Below are positions 37,635 to 47,706 of a stretch of 64,000 bases of DNA, one piece after another. The notes beneath the pieces are model-generated. The model did not search any database. It was not told the origin of the DNA and worked only from the letters and a program-made list of their open reading frames with translations. The translations under genes and the position numbers were made by a program. The DNA is taken from positions 1,931 to 65,930 of the forward strand of contig CAJUKA010000016.1 of NCBI GenBank assembly GCA_910586585.1, written 5' to 3'. Every line of letters begins with the position of its first letter. Position 1 is the first letter of the stretch. The stretch comes from an uncultured Lachnospiraceae bacterium (GTDB lineage Bacteria > Bacillota > Clostridia > Lachnospirales > Lachnospiraceae).

Positions 37635-38972
37635 CTATAGTGCTGCACTTATTCCCGCCAGGTGTCCAGTAGACCATGCAATTTGCAAATTAAATCCACC
37701 CGTAAGCGCATCTAAGTCTATCACTTCGCCAGCAAAATAAAGATTCTTCACAAGCTTTGACTCCATTGTTGAAGGAGAAATTTCATTTGTAGCCACTCCG
37801 CCTTTTGTAATAACAGCCTCGTTATAATCCCTCAAGCCTGTAATTGTAAGTTCCATCTGCTTTATTGTCTTGACGAACCGCTCACGCTCTTCTTTGGTAA
37901 TTTCATTTACTTTTTTATCTGGATTTATTTGTGAAAGTATTGGCATAATCGGAACCAGTTTAGACGGAAACAATTTCCCTATTGCATTTTTAAACTGCCT
38001 GTTTTTATTTTCTTCAAATTCTCTGAGAATCCGTTTATCCAACTGTTCATAAGTTAGTGCTGGTTTCAAATCAATCAAAAGTCTCGTTTTTTTATTTTCA
38101 CACAATTTATGCACATAATGACTGCTTCCACTCAAAATCAGAGGACCACTAACACCATAATGGGTAAAAAGCAATTCTCCAAAATTAGAATAAATCTGTT
38201 TTCCCTCCGTTTCAATCGCTGCCTGAACGTTTTTGAGAGAAAGTCCCTGTAATGCATGACACCAGCTCTCCTGAATCACAAAGGGCACAAGTGCAGGTGA
38301 TGTTGCCACAATATGATGTCCACAATCCTTAGCAAATCGGAACCCGTCCCCTGTCGATCCTGTAAGCACATAAGAACACCCACCCGTAGCAATAATTAGA
38401 CGGTCTGCATTCTTTACTATTTTTTTACCTGTTTTTTTGTAAAATAATTCTACAGAAGCAACTTGCGAACGATAGTTTCCTTTTTTCTTTGTTTTTTTAT
38501 TTTGATCGGAATCTTTATTTTCTTCCTGTGAATTCTCCAACAATTCTTTCACATGAATTTCTTTTATTTCTGTATCAAGAAGTACATTCACCTCTAATCG
38601 TTTCAGTCTCTGTTCTAACACTTTTATGATATCTGAGCTGTGATCCGACTTTGGAAAGACCCTTTGCCCTCGCTCTGTTTTTAACGGGCATCCTGCCTCC
38701 TCAAAAAAACGCATTACTGCATCATTATCAAATCCATAGACAGCACTATACAAAAACTTGGAATGTTCCATCACATTTTCAAAAATTTTTTCTATTTCAC
38801 AGGCGTTTGTCACATTGCATCGACCTTTGCCAGTGATAAATAATTTTTTTCCAAGTTTTTCATTTTTTTCTATCAAATAAATATTATGTTTTTTCTCTTT
38901 ATCTGCCTCGGCAGCCGCTATGGCAGCCATCATTCCTGCCGCACCGCCGCCTATGATCACAATCTCAGCCAT
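37635..38972 (-). CDS. HI0933/BaiN family flavoprotein
   Basis: GGGAAG; GKKLFITGKGRCNVTN; GGFNLQIAWSTG. Confidence 0.92.
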   Translation of the reverse strand: MAEIVIIGGGAAGMMAAIAAAEADKEKKHNIYLIEKNEKLGKKLFITGKGRCNVTNACEIEKIFENVMEHSKFLYSAVYGFDNDAVMRFFEEAGCPLKTERGQRVFPKSDHSSDIIKVLEQRLKRLEVNVLLDTEIKEIHVKELLENSQEENKDSDQNKKTKKKGNYRSQVASVELFYKKTGKKIVKNADRLIIATGGCSYVLTGSTGDGFRFAKDCGHHIVATSPALVPFVIQESWCHALQGLSLKNVQAAIETEGKQIYSNFGELLFTHYGVSGPLILSGSSHYVHKLCENKKTRLLIDLKPALTYEQLDKRILREFEENKNRQFKNAIGKLFPSKLVPIMPILSQINPDKKVNEITKEERERFVKTIKQMELTITGLRDYNEAVITKGGVATNEISPSTMESKLVKNLYFAGEVIDLDALTGGFNLQIAWSTGHLAGISAAL

Positions 38973-39030
38973 AAATCTCTCCGCTTTGCATATCGTACAC
39001 TTTAAATAACAAGTGTTTCTTATTGTCTTT

Positions 39031-39963
39031 TTAGAGCCTCCTAGCATTTTTCTGCGCTCGTAGTGGTGTATTGAGCATGTCCTCGTCTATAAAATTAATC
39101 TCGTCTTTTAAATACACTTGATAATTATCCCATGCGTACTCAAGGGACTCCAAATTTCTTTTGACATCTTCTGGTTTCTTCAAACATAACGCGACTACCA
39201 GCGCATTAATCAGACTTAGCGGCGCAACCAGAGAATCGACAATTGATACCATATCACTCCGCGCCATAAGGTTGCATGACGAATAGAGACACATTGGCGA
39301 ATGAATGGTATCTGTAATGGTTATTACCTTGGCATTTCTATCATTTGCCATTTCCATTGCTTTGAGTGTTCTCATGGAATATCTAGGAAAACTAATGCCA
39401 ATTACTGCGTCTTTCTCATTAATACGCAGCATTTGTTCAAATGTCTCTGATGTACTTGTTGAATCAAGAAGATACACATCTCCTCTAATAATATTAAGAT
39501 AAAAATGCAAAAATTCCGCAAGTGGTTTGCAGCTTCTTAGACCAATAATATAGATATGCTTCACACTTAAAATAATATTGACTGCCGTTTCAAACGCTTG
39601 TGCATCGACATGCTCTATTGTATCCTGAATTTTTTCAATATCTGCACTAAGCACAGAAGCCAAAAGTTCAGACTGTGTGCTTTTGCCATATTTCGCTCCT
39701 ACTCTCTGCACAGAATTCAATTTATTTTTGACCCATTCGGCCAAATCATCTTGAAACTCTGGATATCCCTCGTACTCCAGAGCATATGCAAAGCGAACGA
39801 TTGTTGCCTCACTTACTCCCACAGCCTTAGCAAGCTTTGCAGCCGTCATAAAAGCCACCTGTTCATAGTGATCTATCACATACGTCGCAATTTTTTTATG
39901 ACTTTTACTCATTTTATTAAATTTTTCATTTATTCTCGATATGGTATCATAATTTGCATCCAT
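39031..39963 (-). CDS. MurR/RpiR family regulator (HTH plus SIS domain)
   Basis: VGVSEATIVRFAYAL; ISFPRYS. Confidence 0.92.
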   Translation of the reverse strand: MDANYDTISRINEKFNKMSKSHKKIATYVIDHYEQVAFMTAAKLAKAVGVSEATIVRFAYALEYEGYPEFQDDLAEWVKNKLNSVQRVGAKYGKSTQSELLASVLSADIEKIQDTIEHVDAQAFETAVNIILSVKHIYIIGLRSCKPLAEFLHFYLNIIRGDVYLLDSTSTSETFEQMLRINEKDAVIGISFPRYSMRTLKAMEMANDRNAKVITITDTIHSPMCLYSSCNLMARSDMVSIVDSLVAPLSLINALVVALCLKKPEDVKRNLESLEYAWDNYQVYLKDEINFIDEDMLNTPLRAQKNARRL

Positions 39964-40025
39964 CCAAAATCCTCAATCTAAGCAAGACGCCCATAATCTC
40001 TTTGTGCACACAAAAACCCCATGTA

Positions 40026-40571
40026 TTAAGAACAACTTCTGTAAATATCCTTAAGCAGTTCTATGGTTTCTTCTTCTGTGAGATCATAATCCCCAGTAAG
40101 AACCATACATGCACATCCATGTATGAAAATCCACATCTTCATAAACAGCCCGCTTGGATTTTTGCAGCCTGCCGCCGCCGCTCTGCTAATTTCCTTGCTA
40201 ACCGCTCCTGATTTACCATTTAATAACTCAAAAAGACCTCGTTCACCTCTTTGCTCTGACTGAAAAAGCAAATAAAAAAGATTTCCTTCATCCTTCGCAT
40301 AATTTATATACGCAAGTCCAAGATGTATAAAAGGTACGTCCACCTCTGACTTGTAATTTTCATAATAATTTCCAAAAGAATCTGTTGCTTTCAGATATAT
40401 TTCTGTATAAAGTTCATTCATATTGGCATAAACTCTAAATATTGGCTGCGTTGAACATCCGATTTGTGTTGCCAGTTTTCTGGCCGTAACGTTTTCAATT
40501 CCTTCCTCTCTTGCCAAAACAAAAGCAGTTTCTAATATTTTATCCTTAGTAATTAATTCTTTTCGTGCCAT
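40026..40571 (-). CDS. TetR/AcrR family regulator
   Basis: ITKDKILETAF...VTARKLATQIGCSTQPIF. Confidence 0.9.
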   Translation of the reverse strand: MARKELITKDKILETAFVLAREEGIENVTARKLATQIGCSTQPIFRVYANMNELYTEIYLKATDSFGNYYENYKSEVDVPFIHLGLAYINYAKDEGNLFYLLFQSEQRGERGLFELLNGKSGAVSKEISRAAAAGCKNPSGLFMKMWIFIHGCACMVLTGDYDLTEEETIELLKDIYRSCS

Positions 40572-40689
40572 CTTTACCCCCATGCCTTCTGCAGCCTGCA
40601 GATAGATGGATACCTTCTGCAAACAAGGTATCACCCGCAAAAACAGTATCGGGTTAAAACTAACCCGATACTGATAAACAGTCCGTAAA

Positions 40690-42126
40690 CTACACTGGAT
40701 ATGCACCATTCTTGGTATCAGCCTGAGCCATGTCTACTTTTTCCTGTTGAGCCTGACGATACTTAAAGAAGTCTGTAGCAACCTGTGGGAAGAGTGCATA
40801 TGACAATACATCCTCATCCTGTTGTTTCCACTCTTTCATTTCTTCCTCAATCTTCTTTAACTCATTTGGAAGTCTGTCAGCCGGACGGCATGTAATAATA
40901 GATGCCTTCTCTTCTTCTGAAAGTACCTTATCCTGCACTTCTTTGTTAAATGGCTTAACGGTCTGTCCATATTCACCACGCAGAACTGCCTTTGTCTCTT
41001 TTGTAGCCATCTTGTAGCGCTCACCCATCAATACATTGAATACAGCCTGTGTACCAACGATCTGTGAAGAAGGTGTAACAAGAGGCGGCTCTCCTAAGTC
41101 TTTACGAACTCTTGGAATTTCCTGAAGTACGTCATAGTATTTATCTTCTGCATTTTGTTCCTTTAACTGGCTAACCATGTTGGATAACATACCGCCTGGA
41201 ACCTGATACATCAGCGTCTTGATATCTACACCAAGCACCTTTGGATTGAGCAGACCGCTCTTTAAGCACTCTTCTCTGTAAGGTCTGAAATGATCTGCAA
41301 TCTTAGCAAGAAGATTTTGATCATAACCTGTATCGTAGGGAGTTCCCTTGAAGGTTTCTACCATAACTTCTGTAGCAGGCTGTGAAGTACCAAGTGCAAA
41401 AGAAGAAATCGCACAGTCAATCACATCTACGCCAGCTTCTACTGCTTTCAAATAAGTCATAGAAGCAACACCTGATGTATAATGTGTATGAAGCTGAATT
41501 GGAAGCTTTGTAGCAGATTTCATAGCTTTAATCAGCTTTTCTGCTTCAAATGGAACCAAAAGTCCTGCCATATCCTTGATACAGATAGAATCAGCGCCCA
41601 TCTCCTCAATATCCTTAGCCATCTTCATCCAATACTCAAGTGTATACGCATCACCTAATGTATAAGAAAGTGCAATCTGTGCCTCGCCGCGTCCTTCTCT
41701 TTTCTTAACAGCATTTGCCGCATTTACTGCACACTGCAAATTTCTAAGGTCGTTGAAGCAGTCAAAAATTCGAATAATATCAATACCATTCGCGATAGAT
41801 TTCTCAACAAATTCTGTAACAACGTCATCCGCATAATGACGGTAGCCCAGAATATTCTGTCCTCTGAAAAGCATTTGAAGTTTTGTCTTTTTTACTTTAT
41901 CTCTTATTTTTCTAAGTCTTTCCCATGGATCTTCTTTTAAGAATCGAAGGGATGCGTCAAATGTAGCACCTCCCCAGCACTCTAAGGAATGATAGCCTAC
42001 CTGATCCATTGTCTCAAGGATAGGGAGCATAAGCTCTGTCGGCATTCTTGTTGCTATTAAAGACTGATGCGAGTCACGAAGAACTGTCTCAGTAATTTTA
42101 ATAGGCTTTTTTACTATTTCTGACAT
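40690..42126 (-). CDS. oadA: Oxaloacetate decarboxylase alpha / 5S-like carboxyltransferase without a biotinyl domain
   Basis: LRDSHQSLIATRM; ECWGGATFD; IKDMAG; HTH; QVPGGMLSN; PLVTPSSQIVG. Confidence 0.9.
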   Translation of the reverse strand: MSEIVKKPIKITETVLRDSHQSLIATRMPTELMLPILETMDQVGYHSLECWGGATFDASLRFLKEDPWERLRKIRDKVKKTKLQMLFRGQNILGYRHYADDVVTEFVEKSIANGIDIIRIFDCFNDLRNLQCAVNAANAVKKREGRGEAQIALSYTLGDAYTLEYWMKMAKDIEEMGADSICIKDMAGLLVPFEAEKLIKAMKSATKLPIQLHTHYTSGVASMTYLKAVEAGVDVIDCAISSFALGTSQPATEVMVETFKGTPYDTGYDQNLLAKIADHFRPYREECLKSGLLNPKVLGVDIKTLMYQVPGGMLSNMVSQLKEQNAEDKYYDVLQEIPRVRKDLGEPPLVTPSSQIVGTQAVFNVLMGERYKMATKETKAVLRGEYGQTVKPFNKEVQDKVLSEEEKASIITCRPADRLPNELKKIEEEMKEWKQQDEDVLSYALFPQVATDFFKYRQAQQEKVDMAQADTKNGAYPV

Positions 42127-42242
42127 TTCTATTCCTCCTATTTTTAGTTCCGCACTCCTCCCAGCGCCCTGTCTGGAGAATGCTGTTTTCGTTGTTTTAT
42201 CATTTATCAAACAATACTTTTTTCATTTTGCACTCTATATTT

Positions 42243-42300
42243 AGAAAGATAAAACGCATAAATCCTCAAGCAAGCTTAGGATTTATGTGTTTATCTTTCT
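42243..42300. terminator. Long stem-loop between oadB and oadA (terminator or processing/stability element)
   Basis: AGAAAGATAAA.CGCATAAATCCT / AGGATTTATGTG.TTATCTTTCT arms. Confidence 0.55.
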
Positions 42301-42311
42301 TGTAAATAGAT

Positions 42312-43460
42312 TTAAAATACACCGAAAATCGCCATGAAAGTACCTGCTGCAACTGCTGTTCCAATAACACCTGCAACATTTGGTCCCATTGCATGCATCA
42401 GCAAGAAATTGGTTGGATCGGATTCTGCACCAACCTTCTGTGAAACACGTGCCGCCATAGGCACCGCTGAAACACCGGCTGAACCAATCAGTGGATTTAC
42501 TTTACCCTTTGTAAGGATGCACATCAACTTACCAAACAGAACACCGGCTGCCGTACCAAAACAGAACGCAACAAGACCTAATACAACGATCTTAATGGTA
42601 TCCCAATTCAGGAATGCTTCTGCGCTGGTTGTCGCACCTACAGATGTTCCAAGCAGGATAACTACAATATACATCAATGCATTGGAAGCTGTTTCCTGCA
42701 GCTGTCTGACAACGCCTGACTCTCTGAATAAATTACCTAACATCAGCATACCAACAAGCGGAGCTGTTGTAGGAAGAATCAAACAAACTACAATCGTAAC
42801 AATAATTGGGAATAAAATTTTCTCAAGCTTTGAAACAGGACGAAGCTGAGCCATCTTTATTTGTCTTTCCTTCTCTGTTGTCAAAGCCTTCATAATAGGT
42901 GGCTGGATAATCGGAACCAGTGACATGTAAGAATAAGCTGCCACTGCGATTGGTCCAAGCAATCCAGTTTGCCCAAGTTTTCCTGCAAGGAAAATTGATG
43001 TAGGCCCATCAGCACCACCAATAATAGAAACTGCTGCTGCTGCCTTATCATTAAAGCCAAGTGCAATTGCGCCGAAGTATGCAGCAAAGATACCAAACTG
43101 TGCTGCTGCTCCCAACAAAAAGCTCTTTGGATTGGCAATCAATGGTCCAAAGTCTGTCATGGCACCAACACCAAGGAATATCAAAGATGGAAGAATTGCC
43201 CACTCATCAAGTAAATAGAAATAATACAGCAAACCGCCGGGTGTACCATCTGCACCAATTGGTGCGATAATGTCGGGATAAATATTAACCAGCAGCATAC
43301 CAAATGCTATCGGTGTTAAAAGAAGCGGTTCATACTGCTTCGCGATAGCAAGATAAAGAAATATACAAGCAACAACAATCATAATGACATTTCCGCCGGT
43401 GATATTAAAAAACGCCGTCTGATGTATCAGATTGTTTAATGTATCTGCTATATATGACAT
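42312..43460 (-). CDS. oadB: Na+-translocating decarboxylase beta subunit
   Basis: [43 protein letters not shown]. Confidence 0.95.
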   Translation of the reverse strand: MSYIADTLNNLIHQTAFFNITGGNVIMIVVACIFLYLAIAKQYEPLLLTPIAFGMLLVNIYPDIIAPIGADGTPGGLLYYFYLLDEWAILPSLIFLGVGAMTDFGPLIANPKSFLLGAAAQFGIFAAYFGAIALGFNDKAAAAVSIIGGADGPTSIFLAGKLGQTGLLGPIAVAAYSYMSLVPIIQPPIMKALTTEKERQIKMAQLRPVSKLEKILFPIIVTIVVCLILPTTAPLVGMLMLGNLFRESGVVRQLQETASNALMYIVVILLGTSVGATTSAEAFLNWDTIKIVVLGLVAFCFGTAAGVLFGKLMCILTKGKVNPLIGSAGVSAVPMAARVSQKVGAESDPTNFLLMHAMGPNVAGVIGTAVAAGTFMAIFGVF

Positions 43461-43528
43461 TTTGTCGACCTCCTATTTTATTTTCTCACCGGAACATATT
43501 ATTGCTCCGGCTGCACCGATATCGGTGA

Positions 43529-43900
43529 TTAGTTCAAAGTTGCAAGTAAAGCACCTGCTTCAACAGAGTCGCCGACTGCTACATCAACGCTTGCTACTGT
43601 ACCATCCTGAGGAGCTACCACAGGAATTTCCATCTTCATAGCTTCAAGGATTACGACTGCATCGCCTTTCTTTACAGCCTGTCCTACACTCTTTTCAAGT
43701 TTAAATACCTTTCCTGCTGCACCTGCTTCAATTCTTATGCTGCCTGCACCTGTGCTTGCTGCTTTCGGTGCCGCCTTGGGAGCTGCTTTTGGCGCTGCCT
43801 TGGGAGCTGCTGCTGCAACAGGAGCTGCACCGGAACCTGCGCCCTCTTCTACTACTACATCATATACGTTGCCGTTAACGGTAATGGTATAATTTTTCAT
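43529..43900 (-). CDS. Biotin carboxyl carrier protein
   Basis: Ala/Pro linker (APKA repeats) and EAMKM biotinylation motif. Confidence 0.95.
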   Translation of the reverse strand: MKNYTITVNGNVYDVVVEEGAGSGAAPVAAAAPKAAPKAAPKAAPKAASTGAGSIRIEAGAAGKVFKLEKSVGQAVKKGDAVVILEAMKMEIPVVAPQDGTVASVDVAVGDSVEAGALLATLN

Positions 43901-43969
43901 TTTGAAATCCTCCTAAAATAATGACAAAATCTTTCTATTGCGTAATGCGAAAACATCAGCCACTACAGC

Positions 43970-44791
43970 CTATGCTCTCTTCCATTTATTTGTATTTGCT
44001 CTCTTAATGCTTCTTACACGGAAGCCTTCTACACTTGTTCCCTCATAGGAAGCAATTGCTGCTGCAATAACTGCCACAAGCTCCATATCATCTGAGAGAT
44101 CTTCTTCTTCCTCTACGATATCTACTGCCGGAGCTGCTGGTTCTGCAACTGGCTCAGCCTCTTCTTTTGGTTTTGCGAAAGAAGCCTGAATCTTAGGAAT
44201 CACACCAAATGCTGAAATAATCAGACTTATAAGAATCAATACAACGAACACCGTTCCCATACCAAGCAGCGTATTGAGTGCCGCTCTTGTCATCAACTGG
44301 CCCATTGTTTCATTCAAATTGAGTGTACATGATGTCATTCGCAAATAAATATCGTTTGTAAAGATTAATTCTACCGAGCCGCTCGCAGCCTCACCTGTAA
44401 CAGGCACTGTGACAATAATCGTATCGTCGTCAACAACGGAAGAAGGAGTACCAATCTCTTTGATACTGACCATATCTTCAAGACCTGACTGGAAGGATGT
44501 AAGCGCGCCGTTAACTGCCTTGCCTTGACATGTGAAAGAGCCATCACCTGTATACTGCATAAACGTTGATGTAAACAGATCTCCAAGCTCAACATTATTG
44601 TAGTTCGCAAGCATTTCATTAACATTCTCTTTTGTTACCAATTCCGTCGTAAGACCGATAACCTGAGTTGATTTTGCTTCTGCGGTACTAATTTTAGCCT
44701 CTTGCAGCTCACTCATAGTATTTTCTGAACCACATGCTGTCAAGGTAAAAACGCAGGCTAGCATTAATAATGTTTTTGCAAATTTTTTCAT
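43970..44791 (-). CDS. OadG/gamma-delta subunit family protein with an N-terminal lipoprotein domain
   Basis: Lipobox LTAC; LLGMGTVFVVL; ELVAVIAAAIA; FRVRSIKR. Confidence 0.85.
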   Translation of the reverse strand: MKKFAKTLLMLACVFTLTACGSENTMSELQEAKISTAEAKSTQVIGLTTELVTKENVNEMLANYNNVELGDLFTSTFMQYTGDGSFTCQGKAVNGALTSFQSGLEDMVSIKEIGTPSSVVDDDTIIVTVPVTGEAASGSVELIFTNDIYLRMTSCTLNLNETMGQLMTRAALNTLLGMGTVFVVLILISLIISAFGVIPKIQASFAKPKEEAEPVAEPAAPAVDIVEEEEDLSDDMELVAVIAAAIASYEGTSVEGFRVRSIKRANTNKWKRA

Positions 44792-44809
44792 ATTAACGTT
44801 CACCCTTTC

Positions 44810-46243
44810 TTAGACCGTTCCATGCTTTTTAGATGGACGATCCTCTCTTTTTGTGATTAACATTTCAAAAGCGCCTATCACATATTTTCTTGTGTCTGCT
44901 GCTTCAATAATCTGATCTACATAACCTCTCTTTGCAGCACCAGCGGCGCTTGTCTGAAGTGCCGCATACTCTGCTGCCTTCTCCTTAATCACGTCCGCAC
45001 CCTGTCCATCATACATAATCTTTGCTGCAAGGCTGGCATCCATTGAACCGATCTCTGCATCAGGCCATGCAATTGTGATATCTGCACCAACTGCCTTTGA
45101 ATTCATAGCTACGTATGCACTTCCAAATGCTTTGCCAATAATAACATTTACCTTTGGCACAGTGGCATTTGCGAAAGCATATGTAAGCTTCGCAACAGCC
45201 TTTGCAATACGCTTCTCGCTGCACATTGTTGCTTCATACCCTTTTACATTTGTAAGGGATAATACAGGAATTTCAAAAGCATCACAGAATTGAATAAAAT
45301 CTGCTGCCTTTTCGCATCCATCAGCAGACAGCACTGCATCAAACTTGTCTGCAACTTCACCTTCTGCATTGTAGACTTCTGTACGGTTTGCAACACAACC
45401 TATTGTTGTACCATTTAATTTGATAAATCCTGTTACCATATTCTTTGCATAATTCTCTTTTACTTCAAAGAATACGTTATTATCTGCAATCGTTGACAGT
45501 GCAATAGAAGTATCTCCTACACAGTTTGCAAGATCCGCACACACTCTGTTGAGGTCATCCGTGCATTCCTGGAATAATGTTTCACCTGAATTATTTCCAG
45601 GTATCATTGATACCAGATCTCTGATCTTATCATAAATAGCAGCTTCCTCTGCAACAACATCTACAATTCCGCTCTCCTTGCTCTGAAAATCTGCTGCAGA
45701 AGAATCACACTTCGAAATATTATTTCCATCAAGTGCATTGGGAGAATTGACAAAAAGTTTTGCTTTTTTGCTCTCCATAAATGTGAAATCCGTAAGTGTT
45801 GGAATCAATGCTAGTCCACCGCCGCAGCTTCCAAATATTGCTGTGATCTGTGGAATCACACCTGACGCAAGTGTCTGCTTCAGATATATTTCACCAAAAG
45901 CATTCAGCGCGTCGGTTGCTTCCTGAAGTCTAAGACCTGCTGAATCAATCAGACCGATGACAGGTGCGCCTGTCTTCATAGCCAGATCGTAGAGGTTCGC
46001 AATCTTTTTCGCATGCATCTCACCAACAGAACCGTTCATTACGGAAGCATCCTGGCTATACACATACACAAGAGCGCCATTGATTACTCCATATCCGGTA
46101 ACAACACCATCAGAAGGAGTCTCTGTCTGTTTCAAATTGAAATCTGTAGCTCTTGCTGTAACTAGGGCGCCAATTTCAACGAAACTGTTTTCATCAAGCA
46201 AAGATTCAATTCTTTTACTTGCTAAACTTGAAGTAGTACTCAT
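44810..46243 (-). CDS. Acyl-CoA carboxyltransferase (MmdA/PccB/12S-like, divergent)
   Basis: RIESLLDENSFVE; DGVVTGYG; DSAGLRLQEA; SGVIPQI; AAKRGYVD; KKHG. Confidence 0.88.
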   Translation of the reverse strand: MSTTSSLASKRIESLLDENSFVEIGALVTARATDFNLKQTETPSDGVVTGYGVINGALVYVYSQDASVMNGSVGEMHAKKIANLYDLAMKTGAPVIGLIDSAGLRLQEATDALNAFGEIYLKQTLASGVIPQITAIFGSCGGGLALIPTLTDFTFMESKKAKLFVNSPNALDGNNISKCDSSAADFQSKESGIVDVVAEEAAIYDKIRDLVSMIPGNNSGETLFQECTDDLNRVCADLANCVGDTSIALSTIADNNVFFEVKENYAKNMVTGFIKLNGTTIGCVANRTEVYNAEGEVADKFDAVLSADGCEKAADFIQFCDAFEIPVLSLTNVKGYEATMCSEKRIAKAVAKLTYAFANATVPKVNVIIGKAFGSAYVAMNSKAVGADITIAWPDAEIGSMDASLAAKIMYDGQGADVIKEKAAEYAALQTSAAGAAKRGYVDQIIEAADTRKYVIGAFEMLITKREDRPSKKHGTV

Positions 46244-46289
46244 TTTATGACCTCCATTTTTTATATTAAAATTACTATGAAAAATAAAA

Positions 46290-46408
46290 TTTTTCATAGC
46301 AGTCATGGCCATGCGGCCCGATTGTTTCAGGTCCTTCATGACTCACAACTACTATTTTTCTTCGAAAAACATTCGTTTTTCATAGCAGTCATGGCCATGC
46401 GGCCCGAT
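46290..46408. repeat. 33-bp direct repeat within a long stem-loop in the operon leader
   Basis: TTTTTCATAGCAGTCATGGCCATGCGGCCCGAT at 46290-46322 and 46376-46408. Confidence 0.9.
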
Positions 46409-46852
46409 AATTCTAAGCACCGCATAAAGCACATTTTCTTAAAAAAGAATCTTTTTTGCGCAATTTTAAAAATTGCGACAAGCTAAGTATAACATATATT
46501 ATTGTATTCGCCTAGTGAATTTTTAGTGAATTTTTACATTTTTTCACATTCTATTATGTTTTACAATAAAAATGTTTCACTTAATTTGTATCAATGTTAT
46601 ATTCTCCATACAGCTTATATGTTATATTTCTACTGGATAAAAGTACAGTTTACAAGGGACTATCTGCTTCACAAGTTCCTGCTTGCGTCCGTCCAGTTCC
46701 TCTACCCTAAGTCTACACCTAAATGACCGCCCATTCCGTATATCCGAAAGGTGGGAAATCGGCCTAAAAAACAATCCATTTCCACGCTCTCGGAATTGTG
46801 GTAAAATAATAAGTACAGAGTGACAAATCGAAAGTGGGAGGAGAAACGCTAC

Positions 46853-47182
46853 ATGAAAACATATCAGGTAAGTTTGAACGGCAGACAATATAGTATGCTT
46901 GAAAAAATGTTATGTTCATTTAGGGCCAGCCAATTAGCAAAGAACCAATGTATAAACGGATACGAATTGTTTTCAGATATGATTGATGACATATCTTCGC
47001 CTGTAACAGATGGATGGAGTACATATGAAATTGTACTGAAAGAGTCTGTTGATAAATTGACTTTATTAAGATTTATAACAAAAGTGGTATTTCCAAAAGA
47101 TGAAGATTATTTTGTAAGGCAGATTGGGAAAAATTTTCAATGTGAAAAAGACTTTGGATTTCAGATTTCTTTGAACTTTTGA
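46853..47182 (+). CDS. Hypothetical protein (cargo of the mobile-element relic)
   Basis: GGGAGG RBS before MKTYQVSL; no motif recognised. Confidence 0.55.
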   Translation: MKTYQVSLNGRQYSMLEKMLCSFRASQLAKNQCINGYELFSDMIDDISSPVTDGWSTYEIVLKESVDKLTLLRFITKVVFPKDEDYFVRQIGKNFQCEKDFGFQISLNF

Positions 47183-47220
47183 AATTCCTATTTATTGAGC
47201 AGACAAAGGGGGGGGAGCGC

Positions 47221-47572
47221 ATGGAACTATCTATACAGGAACGCCTAAAAGACTTGCGTATGGAGCGTGGCTTGACGCTGGATCAGCTTGCGGAGAAAAA
47301 CCACCTCTCCAAGCCTGCTTTGGGAAGTTACGAGAGGGACAATCTCAAAGACATCAGCCAGCGACACACCCGGATTTTCCCCGGCTCATGGCCGACCTTG
47401 AAATTTATGTGAACGGCATAGCCGGAAAACAGGTGCAGAGCGCAAACGCCATTGTGGACGCTGTGAGTGCAACGATTATGAAGCAACACAATCCCGGTTT
47501 GACCGCCCCACAGCTAAGACAGCTTAATCGCCGCCCATATTGACGATGACAGCTTTTGCCGCTATGTGATAA
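47221..47572 (+). pseudogene. Internally deleted and frameshifted XRE regulator of clostridial mobilizable/conjugative elements
   Basis: MELSIQERLKDLRMERGLTLDQLA HTH start, then an out-of-frame HPDFPRLMADLEIYVNGIAGKQVQSANAIVD segment; visibly GC-richer than the flanks. Confidence 0.7.
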
Positions 47573-47706
47573 TATAATGTATAAACTATAAAACCGCCCC
47601 AATATCAGGCGGTCTTGTAGTTATTCTTCAATGCCTGCTTTCGCAAACATTTTTTAAGTTTTCAATATCAGCAGCGTTATCTATAAGTCGGGCATCCTAT
47701 TCACCA

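Noticed and set aside
46244..46339. N-terminal extension of the carboxyltransferase in the ORF track
   Set aside because: It runs through the repeat/hairpin, and a GGAGG RBS supports ATG 46243.
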